A stretch of DNA of 63,787 nt, filler included, from an uncultured Methanosarcinales archaeon (GTDB lineage: Archaea > Nanobdellota > Nanobdellia > Woesearchaeales > CAYZNE01), in assembly GCA_964405295.1 (NCBI GenBank). It is 3 parts of 2 records of this genome, joined end to end, with 100 filler letters (N's around TTAATTAATTAA, not from the genome) between each part and the next. Parts side by side here need not be neighbours in the genome. Positions count along the whole stretch, not along the records: positions 46,653 to 63,787 come from CAYONI010000010.1; 2 more parts are not named here. One strand, written 5' to 3'. Of the stretch, positions 60,697 to 63,787 are shown one piece after another (within the stretch, counting starts at the first letter, position 1; each line of letters opens with the position of its first letter). The translations under genes were made by a program, and so were the position numbers. Below the pieces are notes generated by a model, which was not told the origin of the DNA, made no database searches, and was given only the letters and a program-made list of their open reading frames with translations.

Positions 60697-62883
60697 ATGG
60701 TAACTACAAATAGAGGAAAAACTTACGCTCAAAGAAGAAAAGAAGCAGATGCAAAAGCGGTTAAACTTGTTAGTGCTTTAAGAAGTTCTGGAAAAACAGT
60801 TTCTAAAGTTAATAATGAAAGTATTGCCAGTTTTGAGAAAAGAATGGCAAAACAAAAAGTTCAAGAATTACAATTGCAACAAATTCAACAAGCTCAAGCT
60901 AAACAACAAGCTCAAGCGGAACAACAAGCTAAAGCAGAACAAGTTAAAATTGAAACATCAAAACAAAAAGTTATTGCCAGAAATTCTATAATAGAAAAAT
61001 CAAAAGAAAGAATGCTAAATCCCAACGCGTCTTATGATTATTTTACCCCTAAAAGTCAAACGAGTTCTTTAAAAAAGTCTGATTCTACAGTAAATATTCC
61101 TAAAACTCCTAAAATTCCAGCTATAGATAATTTTATTTTTGGTGCTAGTAAAAAAATTTCAGAATGGGATGCCGGAACCCAAAAAACTATTGTGAATATA
61201 GAAAATCTTTATAAAAAGTCTCCATTACTTGGAAAACTTTATAGTGGAGATAGTTTTGGTTCTGAACTTGCTTTAAAAGCTATTACTGCGGTTCCTTCGG
61301 GTATTGTTGGAACTGTTGGCGCGGGTGTTAGTGCTGTTGGAAAAATAGGGGTTTCTACTGTTGCATTAGTTGGTGGTAGAGGAAAACAAGTTAAAGCAGA
61401 ATTTGTAAGAGCTGGGAAAAAAACTCCGTCAGTTATTCAAAAACAATTTGTAACTATTGATGATAATGGTAAAGTAAGCTTTACACCGAGTCAAGTTGTA
61501 GCAATAGGAAGTGTTGTTGTTGGAACGGTTATCGGTGGTTCTATTAGAGCTAACATAAGGGGCAATCAAGTTAAAACTAACGCCATTAAAACTACTTCGC
61601 AAGTTAGTAAAAATGTTAAAGGAAGTATTCAAGGAACAACAAAAGGATATTTTAGTAATGTTAAAGGTCAAAAGTTCACATATAAAACCGTTTCAAAAAT
61701 ACCAAAAAAAACCCTGTCTACTTCTAGTAATGGAGTGAAAACTTATTCTCAAAGTCCGGGAAAGTATAAAACAACAATTTATGATTCTACTGGAAAAGCT
61801 GTTAATACAAAAACTGGAACTATTAAACCTGTAATTATTAAAGAAAATATTGGAACTGGAAGCTTTTTCGAAAAAACAAAAATAAAACCAACAAAAAGCA
61901 TTTCTAAAACTTTAACTGATAAAGGAACACGAGATGTTATAAGCAGTAAAACTATTGGAAAAAAAACTTATACTACATCATTTGTTGATAAAAAAACATT
62001 TTTTGGTTCAAGTAAAATTCAAACAATGGGTTTAAGAAAAACAGTTACTAAAGGTAAAATTACCACCACAACAGTTTTTCCAAAAACAAATATTTTAAAA
62101 TTTAAACCTTTTAATAATGCTTTTAATAAAAGAGTAAATATTGCTTCTTTGAAAATGTTTAAAAACAAAAAAGGAAGTTTAAGCGGTTTTTCTACTGGTT
62201 CAAATGTGGGAAGTTTTAACACTGATTTTAATTTTGTTAAAGGTTTTGGTTCTGGAACAAGTTTTATGTCTAAAGGTAAAACTTCTTCTAATTTTGTTAA
62301 AAGTGTTCCTTCTAGAGTTACGCAAGTTTCAAAAGTGGTTTTAACATCTTCTAAAAATGTTCAAACAATTGTTCCTTATTTAAAAACGCCTAGCGGTGTT
62401 TCTAACAAACTTAAAACGCCTAGCTCAGTATGGTCGAAGCCTGAACCTTTTTCGTCGTCTAAAACTATTTTGTCTAGTATTTTTACACCTAAAAACGTGT
62501 CTAAACCAATAGGAGATACTGACCCTGTTTTTTTGTCTAGACCAACAATAGAACCAGTAACAGACCCTATTACTGAACCAATAGCTAGAACTAGAAGTTC
62601 ATCAAGAATAATTTATGAACCAACACCAACACCAACACCAACAACGCCTACATCAGTAGTTTCTTCTAGTTTTTCTTTTTCTCCAATTATTCCTATAGTT
62701 CCTTTAAAAAGAAGTGTTGGAAGTTTAGGCAGTAGTTTCAATTTTAAATTTAAAACAAAAAATAAAAGAGTGAAAAGTTTTAAACCAACAATTAGAGGAA
62801 GCGCTTTCGGTATTAAAGGAAAAACAAGAAAAGGCGCAGAATTCACTGGTTTAGGAGAAAGATTCACAAAGAAAAGATTTTAG
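60697..62883 (+). CDS. Large basic K/T/S/G-rich protein
   Basis: 728 aa, Lys far exceeds Asp+Glu, Q/A coil, G/V-rich hydrophobic segments, PT repeats. Confidence 0.75.
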   Translation: MVTTNRGKTYAQRRKEADAKAVKLVSALRSSGKTVSKVNNESIASFEKRMAKQKVQELQLQQIQQAQAKQQAQAEQQAKAEQVKIETSKQKVIARNSIIEKSKERMLNPNASYDYFTPKSQTSSLKKSDSTVNIPKTPKIPAIDNFIFGASKKISEWDAGTQKTIVNIENLYKKSPLLGKLYSGDSFGSELALKAITAVPSGIVGTVGAGVSAVGKIGVSTVALVGGRGKQVKAEFVRAGKKTPSVIQKQFVTIDDNGKVSFTPSQVVAIGSVVVGTVIGGSIRANIRGNQVKTNAIKTTSQVSKNVKGSIQGTTKGYFSNVKGQKFTYKTVSKIPKKTLSTSSNGVKTYSQSPGKYKTTIYDSTGKAVNTKTGTIKPVIIKENIGTGSFFEKTKIKPTKSISKTLTDKGTRDVISSKTIGKKTYTTSFVDKKTFFGSSKIQTMGLRKTVTKGKITTTTVFPKTNILKFKPFNNAFNKRVNIASLKMFKNKKGSLSGFSTGSNVGSFNTDFNFVKGFGSGTSFMSKGKTSSNFVKSVPSRVTQVSKVVLTSSKNVQTIVPYLKTPSGVSNKLKTPSSVWSKPEPFSSSKTILSSIFTPKNVSKPIGDTDPVFLSRPTIEPVTDPITEPIARTRSSSRIIYEPTPTPTPTTPTSVVSSSFSFSPIIPIVPLKRSVGSLGSSFNFKFKTKNKRVKSFKPTIRGSAFGIKGKTRKGAEFTGLGERFTKKRF

Positions 62884-62899
62884 AGAGGTTAAAAGATAA

Positions 62900-63457
62900 A
62901 TGCTAACAAAAAATGACATGAATGGTTCTAGTATGGATTTTGTTTCTAATTATAAAACGATTGAAATAAGACTTAATACAGATAAACTTATTAATCAAAT
63001 AGAAGTTTTTTTAAGAGGTGGAAAAATAGTTAATGTTTATGACAAAGAGGGAAATTTACATGAAAACTATATTGAAGAAGGTATAAAAAAATGTAATGAC
63101 CTTGGAGTTCAAACAATTTTAAATTGGATTTCTGCTACAGTAAACGCGCAAGTGGTTCAGGGGAATTTTTTAGTAAATAAGAAAACTGGTCGTAGTGATG
63201 ATTACGATAATTATATAGAAGAATATAATAGAGAGTTTGCAAGTCAAATAATTTTAAATATTTATAATTGGGAAATTACAGAAAGTGATGCAGAAGGCAT
63301 AATAAATTTTGTAATGTTGTTAATTATTTCTTTTATGAGTCGGTTAATTGATAATAAAGAAAGAGAAAGTTACGGTCAAACAATGAGAAGTATTGAGTCT
63401 AGTAGTGTTCAAACTCCTAAAGGTTTTGGTTTTGGTTTATCTAAGGGGGGTAATTGA
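62900..63457 (+). CDS. Hypothetical protein
   Basis: GAGGT ribosome-binding site; 185 aa. Confidence 0.7.
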   Translation: MLTKNDMNGSSMDFVSNYKTIEIRLNTDKLINQIEVFLRGGKIVNVYDKEGNLHENYIEEGIKKCNDLGVQTILNWISATVNAQVVQGNFLVNKKTGRSDDYDNYIEEYNREFASQIILNIYNWEITESDAEGIINFVMLLIISFMSRLIDNKERESYGQTMRSIESSSVQTPKGFGFGLSKGGN

Positions 63458-63750
63458 TGGCAGAATTAAGCTTAATTTTTGGTTCTGCGGTTATTGTTTT
63501 TTTAATGTGGCAACTTTATGATAGAATAGATGAAGAAAAACACGAAATACTTAAATTGCTTGTTATGTTTTTTAATATTACCTTTATGTTATTTATTCCT
63601 TTATTTATGATGAGTTTAGATGTTGAAACTATAGTGTATAAACTTTATTTATTATTTTATAAACTATTTTGGACTTATGTTATATCTGTTATTGTTGTTG
63701 GTGTTTTAAGAGCTACTGGTATGATGCTTCCTAAGGAGTCGAAAAAGTGA
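63454..63750 (+). CDS. Small three-TM membrane protein
   Basis: Hydrophobic; its TGA overlaps the GTG of ORF 46667 across the circular join. Confidence 0.7.
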   Translation: MMAELSLIFGSAVIVFLMWQLYDRIDEEKHEILKLLVMFFNITFMLFIPLFMMSLDVETIVYKLYLLFYKLFWTYVISVIVVGVLRATGMMLPKESKK

Positions 63751-63787
63751 AAAAATATAAACGAATTTGGGTGAGTGAAAACTTTAG
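63733..63787 (+). repeat. Terminal direct repeat, right copy (circular overlap)
   Basis: Identical to 46653-46707. Confidence 0.97.

Larger units (their letters stand above)
46653..63787. mobile_element. Complete circular element of about 17,080 bp, candidate spindle-shaped archaeal virus
   Basis: 55-bp identical ends; replication, recombinase, adhesin, ATPase and capsid-like genes; no housekeeping genes. Confidence 0.85.

Noticed and set aside
62154..62190. Internal MFKNKKG/SLSGF resembling a class III signal
   Set aside because: It lies mid-ORF with no following hydrophobic helix and is likely chance in a Lys-rich protein.
62618..62650. ACACCA tandem repeat
   Set aside because: It encodes a Pro-Thr linker in the 728-aa protein.
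6204..62867. Many short antisense or nested ORFs in the track (for example 6204, 8324, 14373, 25142, 32639, 55616, 61429)
   Set aside because: They are shadows of longer, motif-supported genes.
42260..63787. One large provirus made of the recombinase island plus contig 3
   Set aside because: They are separated by an artificial spacer, and contig 3 closes on itself.
1..63787. CRISPR array, cas genes, reverse transcriptase/DGR, rRNA or full tRNA
   Set aside because: No spaced repeats, YxDD-type RT ORF or cloverleaf recognised by eye; a covariance search could still find a divergent RNA.

Overview
AT-rich archaeal DNA. Gene content (eIF2-gamma, archaeal-type ValRS, many KK[AG]Q class III signal peptides, Cys-rich surface proteins, BRE/TATA promoters) points by inference to a DPANN archaeon, probably Woesearchaeales-like. 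The window is three contigs joined by artificial 100-nt N44-TTAATTAATTAA-N44 spacers (20698-20797, 46553-46652). Contig 1 (1-20697) has housekeeping genes, two GT-C-like membrane proteins and giant Cys-rich surface proteins. Contig 2 (20798-46552) has eIF2-gamma, a type IV pilus locus (KaiC-like ATPase, TadA-like ATPase, two TadC-like proteins, pilin) facing a divergent operon of pilin-like adhesins, and an island with two short tyrosine recombinases and an MNT-HEPN pair. Contig 3 (46653-63787) is the main find. It starts and ends with an identical 55-bp sequence and an operon reads across the join, so it is a complete circle of about 17,080 bp. It encodes two tandem 93%-identical 89-aa two-helix hydrophobic proteins (candidate spindle-shaped-virus capsid proteins), a 1210-aa LamG adhesin, a Zot/pI-like ATPase, many membrane proteins, a small HExxH membrane peptidase, split AEP primase and D5-like helicase, a tyrosine recombinase and a C5 methyltransferase. 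I recognise no terminase, portal or HK97 capsid. The best reading is a candidate spindle-shaped or other membrane-extruded archaeal virus; its link to the host contigs rests only on co-occurrence in this assembly. All family calls come from motifs read by eye, not database searches.
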